This document shows positions 12,908 to 27,107 of a DNA stretch of 64,000 bases, one piece after another. The position numbers and the translations under genes were made by a program. Positions within the stretch are counted from its first letter, which is position 1. Each line of letters opens with the position of its first letter. The stretch is taken from assembly GCA_951406725.2 (NCBI GenBank), contig OX597828.1, positions 54,808,001 to 54,872,000 on the forward strand, in the 5' to 3' direction. Origin of the DNA: Octopus vulgaris. Lineage: Eukaryota. A model generated the notes under the pieces. It ran no database searches. It was given only the letters and a program-made list of their open reading frames with translations, and had not been told where the DNA came from.

Positions 12908-13063
12908 CGGGATTCTTTCAGTTTCCGCTTGCCAAATTCACTCACAGGGTTCTGGTCGATCCGCGGTTATAGAAGAAGACACTTGCCCAAGGTGCCACGC
13001 AGTGGAACTGAACCCGGAACCATGTGGTCGGGAAGCAAACTTCTTACCACACAACCACGCCTG
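12612..13063 (-). mobile_element. Full-length SINE family A
   Basis: Same head, CORE-like block, internal microsatellite and tail as 6235-6629. Confidence 0.9.
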
Positions 13064-13583
13064 AAATCATCATCCATTCTCTTCGAGAGTTTCTAACAAT
13101 TACCTTAATAGTTTTTTGGTTTCTGCTTCTTAAAGAAAAAATAAAAATTACCAAAGCTTCTGTCTGCGACTCAGGCGTATTCAGAGAATATTGACCAAAA
13201 TGTGCTGAGCAACATCACGTGTCATCCTTTCAAGAACAATAAAATAAAATACCAACCCAAAGCACTGGATTGGTGGAATTGATGAAGGGTGGGACTAAAT
13301 ATCTTGTGGTAATGGGTCCAGCTTCTTTTATTTTAAATTGTTTGGTGGAAGAATTCATCCTTCGCTTAGTTTAACACCATCATCCTTGGGTGCCTTTTCT
13401 CTTCCATGAATTTGGGATAGGTCTCCTATTTGAGAAAACCTTCCACCCTTCATTCCACCGATATTGCAGCCCCAAGAAATTTTAAGGGCGTGCAATGCTG
13501 CCTCTTACCTCTCTCATTAAACAGTAAAATGAGAAAAGACGGAAATTTAAAAAATTTAAGAGTTCATTGAGTGTAGAATAGGG

Positions 13584-13889
13584 CAGTGCTTCTCAAAATA
13601 TCTGATGTGGCGTACTGGCGTTTCCCCCCCCCCAATGTGCCAGGGACCGGAAATATTTCTTTGTAATATTAATTTATACCAGAAACAATATATATAATGA
13701 ATGTAATAAAAGTTAGACGACTTTTTTTTTCATTTTATATTTATTTTGTAAACAAATAATACAATATTATATAAGCATTTTATAAGCATTTTATACTGTT
13801 TCTTTCCTTTTTGGAAACTCACCGCGTACCGGCAGCTGATGGCTCGCGGATCGGTACTGGTACACCGACCACTAATTTGAGTAGCACTG
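13584..13889. mobile_element. hAT/Charlie-type MITE
   Basis: TIR CAGTGCTTCTCAAA / TTTGAGTAGCACTG; degenerate 8-bp TSD GAATAGGG / GCATAGAG. Confidence 0.8.
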
Positions 13890-13940
13890 GCATAGAGTAC
13901 ACCGTAGTTTAACAGACACTCTCTCGTTCTTCCCCCCACC

Positions 13941-13973
<33 letters not shown>

Positions 13974-14052
13974 TTATGAAATATATTTTAAATTCCTTAA
14001 CCCATTATCATTATTGTTCTTGTTGCTGTTATTATTATCATCATTATCTGTA

Positions 14053-14119
<67 letters not shown>

Positions 14120-14127
14120 CATCATCA

Positions 14128-14188
<61 letters not shown>

Positions 14189-14505
14189 CATCATCATTAT
14201 TATTATTATTAATATTGTTATTTTCTTATATACATATATCATAAAGAAAATGTAGGGGTGGGGCGGGGTATTACAATGACATTTCGGGCTCCACCCTGAT
14301 AAAAACCCTTTTTCTCTTCTTTCAGATATATAGACACCCCCCACACACACACACACTATTTATCTCTCTGCTCGTTCAATTCTTTTTCTCTTTCATTTTA
14401 CATACACATTACCGAATCCATACTTCTTTTAGATGGTGATAATAACTAAGAACATATTTCTTGTCGTTCTGGAAACTTCTACTCATTTACCCACTTCATA
14501 TCTTA

Positions 14506-14737
14506 CGTATGTATGTACGTACGTAAGTATGTATGTATGTATGTACGTACGTAAGTATGTATGTATGTATGTATGTATGTATGTATGTATGTATGTATGT
14601 ATGTATGTATGTATGTATGTATGTATGTACGAACGTACGTATGTATGTATGTATGTATGCATGCATGTATGTATGTACGTATGTATGTATGTATGTATGT
14701 ATGTATGTATGTATGTATGTATGTATGTATGTATGTA
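14506..14737. repeat. (TATG)n microsatellite
   Basis: Direct reading. Confidence 0.97.
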
Positions 14738-15071
14738 TTTTCATAATTCGCTTAGACTCAGCGATACTAATAAGCTGGTGTTAAAATCCAGTATGCTTAT
14801 GGTATACGTACATATGTATGAATGTATGTATGTGTGTATGTATATATGCATGTATGCATGCATATGTATGTATATGTATGTAATTATCATGTATGTGTGT
14901 AAGTGTGTGCGTATGTATGTACGTATGTATGTATGTATATGGTATGTTTGTATCTCTAATGAATGCGTATGTTTGTTGCTGTTGTTGTTGCAGTTGTTTT
15001 TCTCCGATGTCACTACTGTATATTAAAACAAAACAATCCATCAGTAAGACGAGAACCTGGGGAAAATATAC

Positions 15072-15115
<44 letters not shown>

Positions 15116-15769
15116 GTTTGTTTCTTTTGCTGCTGCTGTTGCTGCAGTTTATCTTCTGCCCATTCATGATTGAACAGGATTATAATCAAAGGAGATCCAG
15201 TCGTGTTCATCTCAGTTTCTTTATCTTCAGACAGGATGTCGCTGTTCACTCACTTATCAGATATGACTAGAGGGTGATTTTGCTGCTATATCTAGCACGT
15301 CTACAGCTGACCGCAATGGAGAACCTCTCGCTGAATCCAAGTCTTTGCTCAGTAAAACAGAAGTTGGTTAGAAAGTCGTTTACTGTTTCGTCTAACAATT
15401 CAACACCTCGACCAATTTCTGTTTTATTTGCGTGAGTCACCACCTTTTAGGAGGATAAAATTCCAAACACATGAAACGGGTCACGTGTACACAAAAAATA
15501 TGCGCGCACATCCACATCCACACACACGCTCACAAACACACGCACATGTATATATATATATGCTTGTGTCTGTACATAAACTTGTATGTATATATGTATA
15601 TATATGTACAGGGTCTTTGGGAATATTAATGATATTTTATGTCTCCTCTGTTTCAGGGATAGCTTGATGTACTGGTAAAAAGTCAACGGCGTTGGCGAGC
15701 ATGAAAATTAAAGTTGTAGTTGAGATAAAGTTAACTGACATGGAGAACTAGAAGCCATTGCAATATTCT

Positions 15770-16075
15770 TCTTTTTTTTTTCCTTCTCGAGCCATGCCTG
15801 GCTCATAAGGGCCGGTTTCCCGGTTTCCTTGACGTATAGGTTCCCCACCTGGACGGGACGCCGGCCGTCGCAGGTGAGCTGCTAGATGCAGGAGGAAAGA
15901 GTGAGAGAAAGTTGTGGCGAAAGAGTCAGCAGAAGTTCGCCTTTACGTTCTGCCGGAGCCGCGTGGAGCTTAGGTGTTTCGCTCATAAACACACACATCG
16001 CCCGGTCTGAGATTCGAACCCGCGATCCCTCGACCGCAAGTCCGCTGCTCTAACCACTAGGCCATGTGCCTCCAC
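15770..16075 (-). mobile_element. SINE family C variant
   Basis: Minus strand TGGAGGCACATGGCCTAGTGGTTAGAGCAGCGGACTTGCGG...GGTTCGAATCTC, body CACCTAAGCTCCACG...CCACAACTTTCTCTCACTCTTTC, A-rich end. Confidence 0.88.
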
Positions 16076-16534
16076 CATCGGAATATTGGAAAATAGTTAC
16101 CTGTATCAGGATGATTCGTGCCGGGCATCAAAATACCGATGAGGTAGATATGAAGGTCCCTTCCAGGGACCGTATTATCGATTATTTCATCAATCTAAGT
16201 ATGTCATGGGGTTTCCAGATATGAGTTCTTCTCACGTATCAAGTTTCACCAAAACCAATAAAACGATGTATGAAGAGTTAGCTAACAACGCCACAAACAC
16301 ACACATACCGATTTTCCACATATGTAGTAGATAATAAAAAAAAAAACTCGAAATTTGACTGATGACTTAATTATTGGCCTCATCGAAGAATTGGCTGAGT
16401 AGTTCCTGTTTCCAGTTCTGTTCGTATTGTGCCTACAATCATTGAAACGAGAAAGTATACAGTGGATACTGTACATACCAATTTCACAATTTTCAAGTCT
16501 TTGAATGTTCACTATATTTCAGTATATTCCAGAG

Positions 16535-16725
16535 GTTCTAAATTTTTGGCGCAAGGCCAGCAAATTTGTGGGAAAGGACTGAGTCGATTAAATCGACCCC
16601 CAGTGTTTAACTGGAACTTATTTTATCGACAGCGAAAGGATAAAAGACACAATCGGCTTCGGAGAATTTTGAACTGAGAATGTAAAGACAGACGAAAAGC
16701 CGCTGAGCATTTCTGCCCTCGTGCT
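16535..16725 (-). mobile_element. SINE family B, diverged
   Basis: Reverse-complement match to the family B body. Confidence 0.75.
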
Positions 16726-17227
16726 ATACTTATTGCTGCATGTGAACTACATATTCTTTCATTGCTTATTTATGTCAATGATTTGCTATTCTTCAATTTA
16801 AAAATGCAATCATTATTTCTTTTGTAAATTTATATCTACATCGTTTGAATATCCATCGATTTGCTGTTCTCCATATACACTATTTTACAGCTTAATTTCA
16901 AATATATTCATCTCTATAAGCTAGATATTAAAAAAAGATCAGATTCAATTTAAATGTTTATATTTAAAAGGAAGGTAAATATATTTAAAAAGGAAAGTAC
17001 TCAAAGAACGGAAGTGTTTAATGATGAAAGTATTTAGTGATTAATTTGATATTCTAATATTCTATATTGCCTACAGTTTTTGAAGTGTAGCCGATATTTT
17101 ATTGCAGAATTTGGAAATTTTATATATACAATCGGTGCTTACAATTTCAGCAGCTCAGATAACGATTTATCAAAATTTAGCCAACTCGCCACTGATTAGG
17201 CGTAGTCGAGGATCCTTATGATTAAAG

Positions 17228-17635
17228 CTAGTGAAACAATGAACACGCACGAGGATAAAGAAACAGTGAACAAGCACTCGGGTTGTGAAACGGTGAACAC
17301 TCAGTGGGTTTGTGAAATGCTGATTACGTACTGGAGCTTTAACACGCACTAAGGATGTGAAACGGTTAACATGCACTAGGACTGTACTACGATGAACGTA
17401 CTCGGTATTCTGGTACGGTGAACATAGACCAGGGTTACGAAACGCTGAATATGCACTAGGGTTATGAAATGGTGAACAAGCACTAAAGATGCGAAGCGGT
17501 GAACTTGAAGTGGTGTTGCGGAACAGTGAACAAACACTAGGATTGTGAAACGATGAACACGCACTAGTGTTGTGTGAAATGGCGAACATAGACTAGTGAA
17601 CATGTGCTAGGAATGGAAAATGGTGAAAATACACT
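17228..17635. repeat. Degenerate 27-bp minisatellite (about 14 units)
   Basis: Approximate consensus GTGAAACGGTGAACA(A/C)GCACTAGGGTT, repeated with indels. Confidence 0.85.
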
Positions 17636-18231
17636 ACAGATAAGTTCTCGATTTGGCTCTCCTTCAAAATAAAGTAACGTTATATTAGATTCCAAATGAG
17701 TGGTGGGCTATGGACTGTTTTAAAACTTGGGGTTATAATATGTATGTGACAGTATTCTCGAGGAAGAATGTGTATATTGAAGGTTAAGCTCAGAGATCAA
17801 AAGCTCGACAAAAGATAACCTTACGCTTCTCTGATTTATCTTACAGTGATCTACGCTCATAAACTCTAGATCTTACCATACACCTAATTTCTAAAAACCA
17901 TTTCCATCGCTCTCTGTCTATGATTATGACACTAAAGTTTCAGTATATCCTTAAATATAAATAATTTTTTTATTGTCGTTTAGTCTTAGACCAACACTGA
18001 TCAAGCAGACCTATGAACAAAAGCGTTTTGGCCGTGACCTTCCTGTCATTTTGTATATATGTCCAACGTATCCATCTTTATTTCAATGTGTTTGCTTAAC
18101 GGAGATTTGATTGTTATTTCTTGCAAGACGATCGATCTCCTTATGGCTGGAGCTAAGACTCAGTAGCGGAAAATTGTTCTCAAACAGGCAAATTTCGAAA
18201 CACTTTTTAATTCTATTTTATTAAATCATCA

Positions 18232-18497
18232 TAGTGGTTAGGGCAGCGGACTCGCGGTCAGAGTATCGCGATTTCGATTCCCAGACCGGGCGTTGTGTGT
18301 GTTTATTGAGCGAAAGCACCTAAAGCTCCACGAGGCTCCGGCAGGGTGTGGTGGTGACCCCTGTTGTACTCTTTCGCCACAACTTTCTGTCTTCCTGTTT
18401 CTTGAGTAACGCTGCGATAAACCCGTTCAGCTGGGGGGAACACATAGGCCACAGAAACCGGGAAACCGGGCCCTGGCTAGGCTTGACAAGGGCGACG
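18232..18497 (+). mobile_element. SINE family C
   Basis: AGTGGTTAGGGCAGCGGACTCGCGG head, family C body, tail GAGTAACGCTGCGAT...GAAACCGGG. The 47968-48268 copy has the same tail. Confidence 0.88.
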
Positions 18498-18690
18498 TTC
18501 ATCGTTATTCAATCATCAGGTGTTGTATTACTGTATCATCAAGTTGGGCCATCGAAAGTTATGTTTCGTGATTATGTACACAATAGAGCACCAGGGGTGG
18601 AATACGAACTTCTAAATGTTTGGATTGCAACTTTCATAATTATAAGGTTGATTGTTAGCATTAGTGGTGGCGGTTATAATTATATGTCGT

Positions 18691-18926
18691 TAAGGTTGCG
18701 AGCTGGCAGAAACGTTAGCACACCGGGCGAAATGCGAAGCCGTATTTCGTCTGCCGTTACGTTCTGAGTTCAAATTCCGCCAAGGTCGACTTTGCCTTTC
18801 ATCCTTTCGGGGTCGATAAATTAAGTACCAGTTACGCACTGGAGTCGATATAATCGACTTAATCCGTTTGTCTGTCCTTGTTTGTTCTCTCTGTGTTTAG
18901 CCCCTTGTGGGTAGTAAAGAAATAGG
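18691..18926 (+). mobile_element. Young SINE family B copy with 14-bp TSD
   Basis: TAATTATATGTCGT on both flanks; near-consensus body. Confidence 0.92.
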
Positions 18927-19769
18927 TTTAATTATATGTCGTGAGCCTGCATTAAGACATTATTTTATATTTTTCTTGAAAAAATTTATTGATTACATTT
19001 ACCCGTATGATATAAACTGGAAGACCAGTAAAAGCTATTTACAAGAAAGGAAATAACACTGGATTGTAGCCTCGGGAAGAAAAAATTAGAAATAATTCGT
19101 AAACAAAGTTTTAAAAAATGAACTGAAAGATAATGAAACAGATAGAGTTGCAAGTTTGGCCAGTCATAGTTTTATATCACAAAGCAAAAACGAAAGTACG
19201 GCAACAAAAGTAACAATGAAGACTTGAATAAAGCAACTGCTTTGATTGTATAACAAAGGAAAATTTTAGACTTGAGTAATATCTAATGCTAGAAAGTCCT
19301 ATTGCAACCTATATCACAAAAGTGCTACTTCGCTTGAGTGGGCAAGAGGAAAGAAAAAACACCTCTGCTTCTCGAAGGCCAGGGGGTTTGTATATGCTCT
19401 CAAAGGAACAGTTAAAGGAAGCCCAATATAATGTGGGATATGACGTCTGCTCTATGAATAGAAAAGAGCATATGGAAGTATTTGTATGGTCTTAAAAATG
19501 AATATTAATAAGCAAAACAGCAATAGACTATGCTTTAATTCCAAAACAGGTACACAAGTCGTCACATACCTGTGAATATGTAAAATTAACAAGTAGTTAT
19601 TTTTATAAGCACAACTACGCCTCCATTGTTACTAAAAAAAAGGTTCCCTTGTATGTGATCGCTCGACGTACAAGAAACCTCAATCGAATCTCTTTCGAAT
19701 CACGTCCAATCGTCTTTAAAAAGAAAGAATGCATACGACATTTGTAGTCCGAGATAAACTATGCTTTAG

Positions 19770-19962
19770 CCCTTTAGCATTCAATAATACTGATTTACCC
19801 ACATTGTTTCAAATTAATCAAGCATTATCTCGTAGCTTCGTGATTTTGATGATGTGGTTGTTTGCACCGTAGGGTAGGTGTGAAAGGCCAGATCTGGGTA
19901 GATTGAACATAAAAACAGATCAAACATTTGGGCCGGATATAACGTGTTTGAATACTGAAGGG
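19770..19962. mobile_element. piggyBac-type MITE
   Basis: TIR CCCTTTAGCATTCAA / TTGAATACTGAAGGG; flanks TTAG (mutated) and TTAA. Confidence 0.7.
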
Positions 19963-20051
19963 TTAAAAGAAGATAGAATTTTGGGAGATGGAACGCATTT
20001 TGTTCATAGGTCTCTGTTTCATAACAGCAGCAGCAGCAACAGCAACAGCAA

Positions 20052-20420
20052 TGGAGGCGCAATGGCCCAGTGGTTAGGGCAGCAGACTCGCGGTCGGAGG
20101 ATAGCGGTTTCGATTCCCAGACCGGGCGTTGAAAACACCTAAAGCTCCACTAGGCTCCGGTAGGGGGGGGGCGACCCCTGTTGTATTCTTTCGCTCCAAC
20201 TTTCTCTTGCTCTTTCTTCCTGTTTCTTGTCCCCGACTTCCTTACGCAACCGCTGAGCCTGGATGCGCATTCATCCATCTGTCGATGCTCTCGGTGTCGG
20301 GGGTTGACCTGCTCTCTCTTCTGCGAGTCTTACGAATAGCAAAGGACCACGTTTCGGACTTCTCCCACTACAGAGGCGCGATCTTGCGAGCTCTGGGACG
20401 AAGACCGCTTCACTCAACAA
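20052..20420 (+). mobile_element. SINE family C with (CAAA/CAA)n-ending tail
   Basis: Full head TGGAGGCGCAATGGCCCAGTGG; tail shared with 32580-32852. Confidence 0.9.
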
Positions 20421-21745
20421 ACAAACAAACAAAGCAGCAACAGCAACAGCAACAGCAACAACAACAATATAAACTTATAGAGAGAGAAAGATTTAAGGAT
20501 TTGTGACCCGAGTAAGAGCGGAAAAGTAACGCAGTGCAACATTTCAGTGACAAAACTTGTCCTAAATATTCCACTTCAACACCTCCGCTTCTCAGATTTT
20601 CCTTCTATTTATGTTCAACAGTTTTCAACTTACAACAGATTCCTTTATTGTTGTTTTTCTTTTTTTCTTGGTGTGGGAGGAGCGGGGTGAGGGGAAGGTT
20701 ATTGGTTGGTTTCGTCCGTATATATCTCCTCGTCTAATTAACCATGCCAGAACTTAATTGAGTTCATCAGCCGCATAATAAATGTACTCCATGGCTTTAA
20801 AAAAAACATATTTGCTAATAATATTTCTGCTAGCCTATGTCTTTTCTCCTTCTCACACTCGCAACTTTCACAAGCACCGCACCGCTGCCACCACCACTGC
20901 CGCCGCCGCCACACTCGCAGCCCCCATCACCACTACCAAAACCACCACCACCACCACCAGCAACAACAGCAACATTACAAAAGTTTCGAAAACCATATCT
21001 ATCTACTACAACCACTACCACCACCACCATCACCACCACCACCACCACCACCATCACCATCCGCAGCAACAATAACAACATTACAAAAGTTTCGAAAACC
21101 ATATCTCCCTACTACAACCACTACCACCGCCATCGTAATCTCTTCTCTGAGCCACATTCTCAACCACTACCATCACAATTTCCATGACCATCACTTCGAC
21201 AACCAGTCTTTTCATCGCTTCTTCCGACATTGCCATAACTTCCAGCATCACTACTACCACCACCACTGCCTCACCTATCCTCACTATCATCATCCACCAT
21301 CACCACCGCTACCACCACCGCCCCTGCCACCACTGCCGCCACCACCGCCGCCGCCATCACCCCCCACCACCACCACGGTCGTCATCATCATCACCACAAC
21401 CACCAGCACCCCACCGCCACTATCCACCCCATCTCAGCGCCTCCTCTCATACCATTATACCATTGATGCCGTCGTCGTCGTCGTCGTCATCATCATCATC
21501 ATCATCATCATCATCTCTACCATTCCTAGTATTATTACAACTACTGCTGGCACTACCATGACTACAATCACCATTTCAACAATAACAGTAACAACAACAA
21601 CAACAAAAACAGCAACAACAACAAATATTGTTTAATAATTTCCAATTAGCAAAATTTTCTCTCAATTAGTTTCACAACGATTGACCTCACCAATAAATCT
21701 GATGATTTCTTACTTGGTACTGTTGCTGCTGCTGTTGTTTTCACT

Positions 21746-21784
21746 ATCATCATCATCATCACCACTACCATCATCATCATCATT

Positions 21785-21815
<31 letters not shown>

Positions 21816-21817
21816 CT

Positions 21818-21875
<58 letters not shown>

Positions 21876-21877
21876 CC

Positions 21878-21938
<61 letters not shown>

Positions 21939-21949
21939 CCATCATCATC
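21746..21949. repeat. (CAT)n microsatellite
   Basis: Direct reading. Confidence 0.97.
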
Positions 21950-22191
21950 AAGGCGGTAAAATGGCTGAAAATGTTTGAGGGTCGGATAAAACGATACAGC
22001 GATATTTCTTCTGACTGTTTTACGTTCTAAATTCACACCGTACGGAGATTTTAAATTTGTCTTTTATTCTTCCGGTGTCGACAAAAATAAAGATACCAGT
22101 TACGTACTGGGGGCGATGGTACTGAAAACAAATCTCTTCTTCTCAAAATTGCTGACTTTGTTGTTGCTGTCGTTGCTGCTGTTGTCTTCTT

Positions 22192-22292
<101 letters not shown>

Positions 22293-22980
22293 CAGTGCTC
22301 ACGCCATTAACCACAAAGAATAATCTCTAATCCGAGCCTACCCTAAGCTACTAAGAATGCGTGTGGCTACTTGAAGATCCACCCACCACACGCGATAGAC
22401 TGGTGGTTTCAGGCGTGCGAAAGCTACGTTGTTATCCTAATTCCGTAAACGGTGGCTTTTTAACGAGCTGAACCATCCTGGGGTACAGCGGATACGCAAT
22501 CTAAAATAGGGTCTGAAAGTTTACCACATCATGGTTCCTCTGCTTTGTGGCAGAAGTAGGAAGAATCGTTAGCGAGCTGGCAGAATCGTTAGCACGCCGG
22601 GTGAAAGGCTTAGCGGTATTTCGTCTGCCGTTACGTTCTGAGTTCAAATTCTGCCGAGGTCGACTTTGCCTTTCATCCTTTTGGGGTCGATTAAATGAGT
22701 ACCAGTTACGCACTGGGATCGATATACTCGACTTAATCCGTTTGTTTGTCCCTTCTGTGTGTAGCACCTTGTAGGCAATAAAGAAATAAGAAGTAGGAAG
22801 AAAGAGTGAGAGAAAGTTGTGGTGAAAGAGTACAGCGGGTTTCACCCTCCCACCGCTGGAGCTTCGTGGAGCTTAGGTGTTTTTGCTCAATAAACACTCA
22901 CAACTCCTGGTCTGGGAATCGAAACCGCGTTCTTACGACCGCGAGTCCGCTGCTCTAACCACTGGACCATTGCGCCTCCA
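22293..22980 (-). mobile_element. SINE family C interrupted by a plus-strand SINE B (about 22565-22787)
   Basis: Family C head and body at 22790-22980. AGAAGTAGGAAGAA is duplicated at 22551-22564 and 22788-22801 around the SINE B. The remaining tail (22293-22550) ends in (TAA)n on the minus strand. Confidence 0.8.
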
Positions 22981-24139
22981 CTGCTGCTGCTGTTGTTGTT
23001 GCTATTGGCAGCGGCGGCGGCGGTGGTGGTGGTTGTGGTGGTGGTGGTTGTGGTGGTGGTGTATTAGTCAGATGTATTCTGTCACGTTCTTGAAATTCAT
23101 GAATTTACTCAGTAAAATTATAAGCAAAAGTATTATATTTGATGCAGAATTAGTGCACAGAAGAATAATTAATTGTTTATATAATTTTCTTCGTTTCAGA
23201 AGAGGGAAAAAAACGATTTTAAAATGGGAAAGAAAAATCAGAAAAAAGACTGAAACCTAAGAAATATTTCCCCCTTCATTCGTAAAGGAACAAATTAGCT
23301 TCTTCAAGCAAGAACGCCCAACAGCTTCTAACCAAAACGAACATACTTTTATGGACGTTAAGCAGAGAAGTTAAACTTTGTTTTAAATAGCATTAAAGAA
23401 AGAATTTCCAGCAGCAACGTATTTGTTGCTCGATGGCAAAGAGGGAGAGGAAGTATGAGTGAGAGAGGGATAGAAAGAGGGAGAGAGAGAGGGAGAGAGA
23501 GAGGGAGAGAGAGGGAGAGAGAGAAATCTATATAATTCAGGGAAGGGAATCATATCTTTTTTTCTAGTTTTAACGTTGGAACGTTTTTATTTTCTCTGGA
23601 TGGAAGGCAAAAGAGAATGAGACAAAGAAGATCATCCTTGTTTTTTTGTCATAAGATCCTTTTGGCTACAATAGCAACAACAGTCATACACACAGACACA
23701 CACGCATGCAAGCACATACGCACACATACACACACATACACATTCATATATACACACACTCATACACACACACACACACACACACTCATACACACATATA
23801 CAAACACACTCTTTTACTTGTTTCAGTCATTTGACTGTGGCCATACTGGAGCACCACCTTTGAAATAAGACTGGACTTGGAGACGCATAAAATATTGAAG
23901 GAGGACTTCCACAGGATGTGGGAAAGCTGAACGTAAGGGCCAGCAGTAGACTCCTAAAGGATTTCTCAAAAGAAAACCAAAATCCCATGGAAACCAAGCC
24001 ACCCGGTTTCCGGGACCACCAGTTGGGTAACTTACTCATTGTTTTACTTCTAGTTACTTTTCAACCAACATGTTTTCCTGGGGGTGGGACAGCATAAATG
24101 CACGTGGCTTAGAGTCACCCTGGGAGGAGGGTCGCCTGC

Positions 24140-24472
24140 TCAATGAGCAGTTTGAATGGGAAACGATGCCTCACCCGCCATATTCGCCGGACATAGACCC
24201 ACCTGATTGTCATTTATTCCGCAGTCTTCAAAATCGTTTGGACAGTAAAAATATTAATTCTGTAGACGAGGTCAGAACAGTACTGGAGGAATATTTTTTG
24301 TCACGGACAAATGAAGTTTGGAAGAGGAGCCTTGCAAGTCTATCAGATAGATGGAAGAACATTGTAGAAAATGAAGGAGGGCACATTTTAGATTAAAAAA
24401 AGGACTTTGTTTATCTTAATTTTGAAAAATAAAAAGTATTTAAAAAATGCATTATTTATGGGATGACCCAAT
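24140..24472 (+). mobile_element. Mariner transposase 3' fragment with right TIR
   Basis: WETMPHPPYSPDIDPPDCHLFRSLQN...RWKNIVENEGGHILD* (degenerate YSPDLAPxD motif); ends ATTATTTATGGGATGACCCAATA. Confidence 0.9.
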
Positions 24473-24513
24473 ATATATATAGGGAGAGAAAGAGAGAGGG
24501 GAAGCTAGCTAGC

Positions 24514-24617
<104 letters not shown>

Positions 24618-24884
24618 GAAAAAGAGAGATAGAGATAGAGCGAAACTTCAGAGTCAATGTCACCACTCGTGTAAAATTTTAATGAACAAGTCCTCTACAA
24701 AAACAAGTATTGTCTTCCTTTTAGTCTTAATCTTTTTTATTACAACTTGACACATAAACACACACACGCGCACACGCATGCATACATACGTACACGCATA
24801 CGCTCGGACATTTATATACATTCAAACATTTATATACATACATACATACATACATACATACATACATACATACATACATACATA

Positions 24885-25318
24885 ATTGATGGCTGCCCCC
24901 TCGTTATTGAGTATGGACATTGCACGAAGCTTAACTGTTACTGGTGCTGTGATCGAATGTGACTTTTTAGCCCAGCCAAAGATCTACAATATCTTGTACA
25001 GAATTGGCAGCTAAAACCTTTACCGGCAATTGCCGGCTGTAGTTGTAACTGGGCTTCATGTACCTTTGCATGTCGTTTAAGTCCTCCTGCTGAATTACAC
25101 TCTCTTCCACATGCCCGACAGAAATGATTAGTATTGTGTGTTACACCACCACCACTGGCCAGGTTGTCGCTCATCTGTCTCACTTTATGACTACGAAGAT
25201 GACTCTTGAGTACAGCTTTACTGAGGCAGGGTCTTGCACAGACACTGCATGTCAGCATCATAGGAAGACTCTTCCCATCTGGAAGTGTAACAGCGATGCC
25301 CTTCTTGATATTCCTCCT
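24885..25318 (-). mobile_element. RTE-clade LINE 3' end encoding three C2H2 zinc fingers
   Basis: ORF 24938-25261 has three CxxCxRxCxSxxxLKxHxxxH-type fingers. A short 3' UTR ends ACGAGGGGCAGCCATC before an (ATGT)n tail. Confidence 0.75.
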
Positions 25319-25838
25319 TACATACCTACATACCTACATACATGCATACATGCATACATACATACATACATACATACATACATACATACATACATACATA
25401 CATCTTATATATCTGTGTATGTGGGCAGTAAAGGACGTGTATCTTCTAAATTACATTCAGAAGAAAGTGGCAAACTTAGGGCCACAATTGACAAGACATT
25501 TTCCTAAAGTATCGCCCAATGAGATCGATCAGTGATTCGCATATTTATTTGAAAAGTGGCCTTTTAAAACCGTAATCATGTATCTACAGATAATAATCGC
25601 GATGCCCGTTTCTAAGATAGCCACAGTACCACAAATTACTGTGTATTTGAAGTTTTTAAAAAAGAAAGTTCCAAAACCTTCAGGAGACTAAAAAGCAAAT
25701 TACACTTGCACAAGATGAGAGGCAGAAGGTGAGGACAGTAAATTGTAGACTGTAAGGCATTAAGTCTTCACACAACCTACTACTACTACTACTGCTACTA
25801 CTACTAATACTACCAACACCACCACCACCACCACCACC

Positions 25839-25901
<63 letters not shown>

Positions 25902-26856
25902 GCTGCTGCTGCTACTACTACTACTACTACTGTAGAAAATGTATTAATGAACTATTTTTGATGCTCTTTCTCTTACATTGTCAACTGTAGAAGAAAGAAA
26001 GAAAGAAAGAAAAAAGAAAGAAAGAAAAAATGAAAGAAAGAAGGAAAGAAAGAAAGAAAGAAAAAGGAAAAAGAAGAAAGAAAGAAATAAAGAAGGAAAA
26101 AGAAGAAAGAAAGAAAGAAAGAAAGCAAGAAAGAAAGCAAGAAAGAAAGAAAGAAACAAACAAACAAAGAAGCAAAGAAAGAAAGGGAAAATAGCAGAAG
26201 TGATTTTTAAAATGCCGGATGTAGAAATAGGATAAAAAATTGCAAAGTTTTGTTGATAGAAATATGGCGAAGATACCACCACCACCACTACAGCTATAAC
26301 CACTGCCACTACTACAAGAACTACCAACACGATCACTACTATGACCATTGACACTACCGCCATTCACCACTATCTCTACATCCGCCAATACTATCAACAT
26401 CATTACAGGCACCTCCACTACTTCTGCAACCACAAATACCACCACCACTACCATTGCCATGACGACAACGACGACCACCACCACCACCACCACCACGACC
26501 ACCACAACCACATACCACCTCTACTATCACCACCACTACCACCATAGTTAACTACCGTTAACCACCACTAGTACTTTCACTATTCATATGAATGAGGGAT
26601 CCGCTTCTTGGTCACTTAAGTCTCCCTTTAATCATAGGTATGCTTCGTCTGAGCTGACCTGCGGTTAAACAACAACAACACCAAAAACATCAACGGTAAT
26701 ATCGCCATCACTTGTCCCATCAACTAGCATCATCATCACCAAGACGACTACTTTCTAATTAAAAACGCCAAACATTACTGTCACCTGCACACATACATAC
26801 ACACATACACAGACATATTTATACACACACACACATATATATACATATATATATAC

Positions 26857-26923
<67 letters not shown>

Positions 26924-27074
26924 TACACACATATACATGCATACATACATACATACATACATACATACATACATACACACATTCACTCTCATCATTATCA
27001 CGACCGTCATAAGCATTCTTTACAAAACTACCACCAGCAATTACAACACCACCACCACCACCACCACCACCACT

Positions 27075-27107
<33 letters not shown>

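Noticed and set aside
17228-17635. CRISPR-like regular GTGAAAC repeats
   Set aside because: There are no unique spacers, whole units are degenerate copies, the context is eukaryotic, and no cas genes are present.
24938-25261. Host C2H2 zinc-finger transcription factor gene
   Set aside because: Finger type, short UTR and microsatellite tail fit an RTE LINE 3' end; there are no TGEKP linkers.
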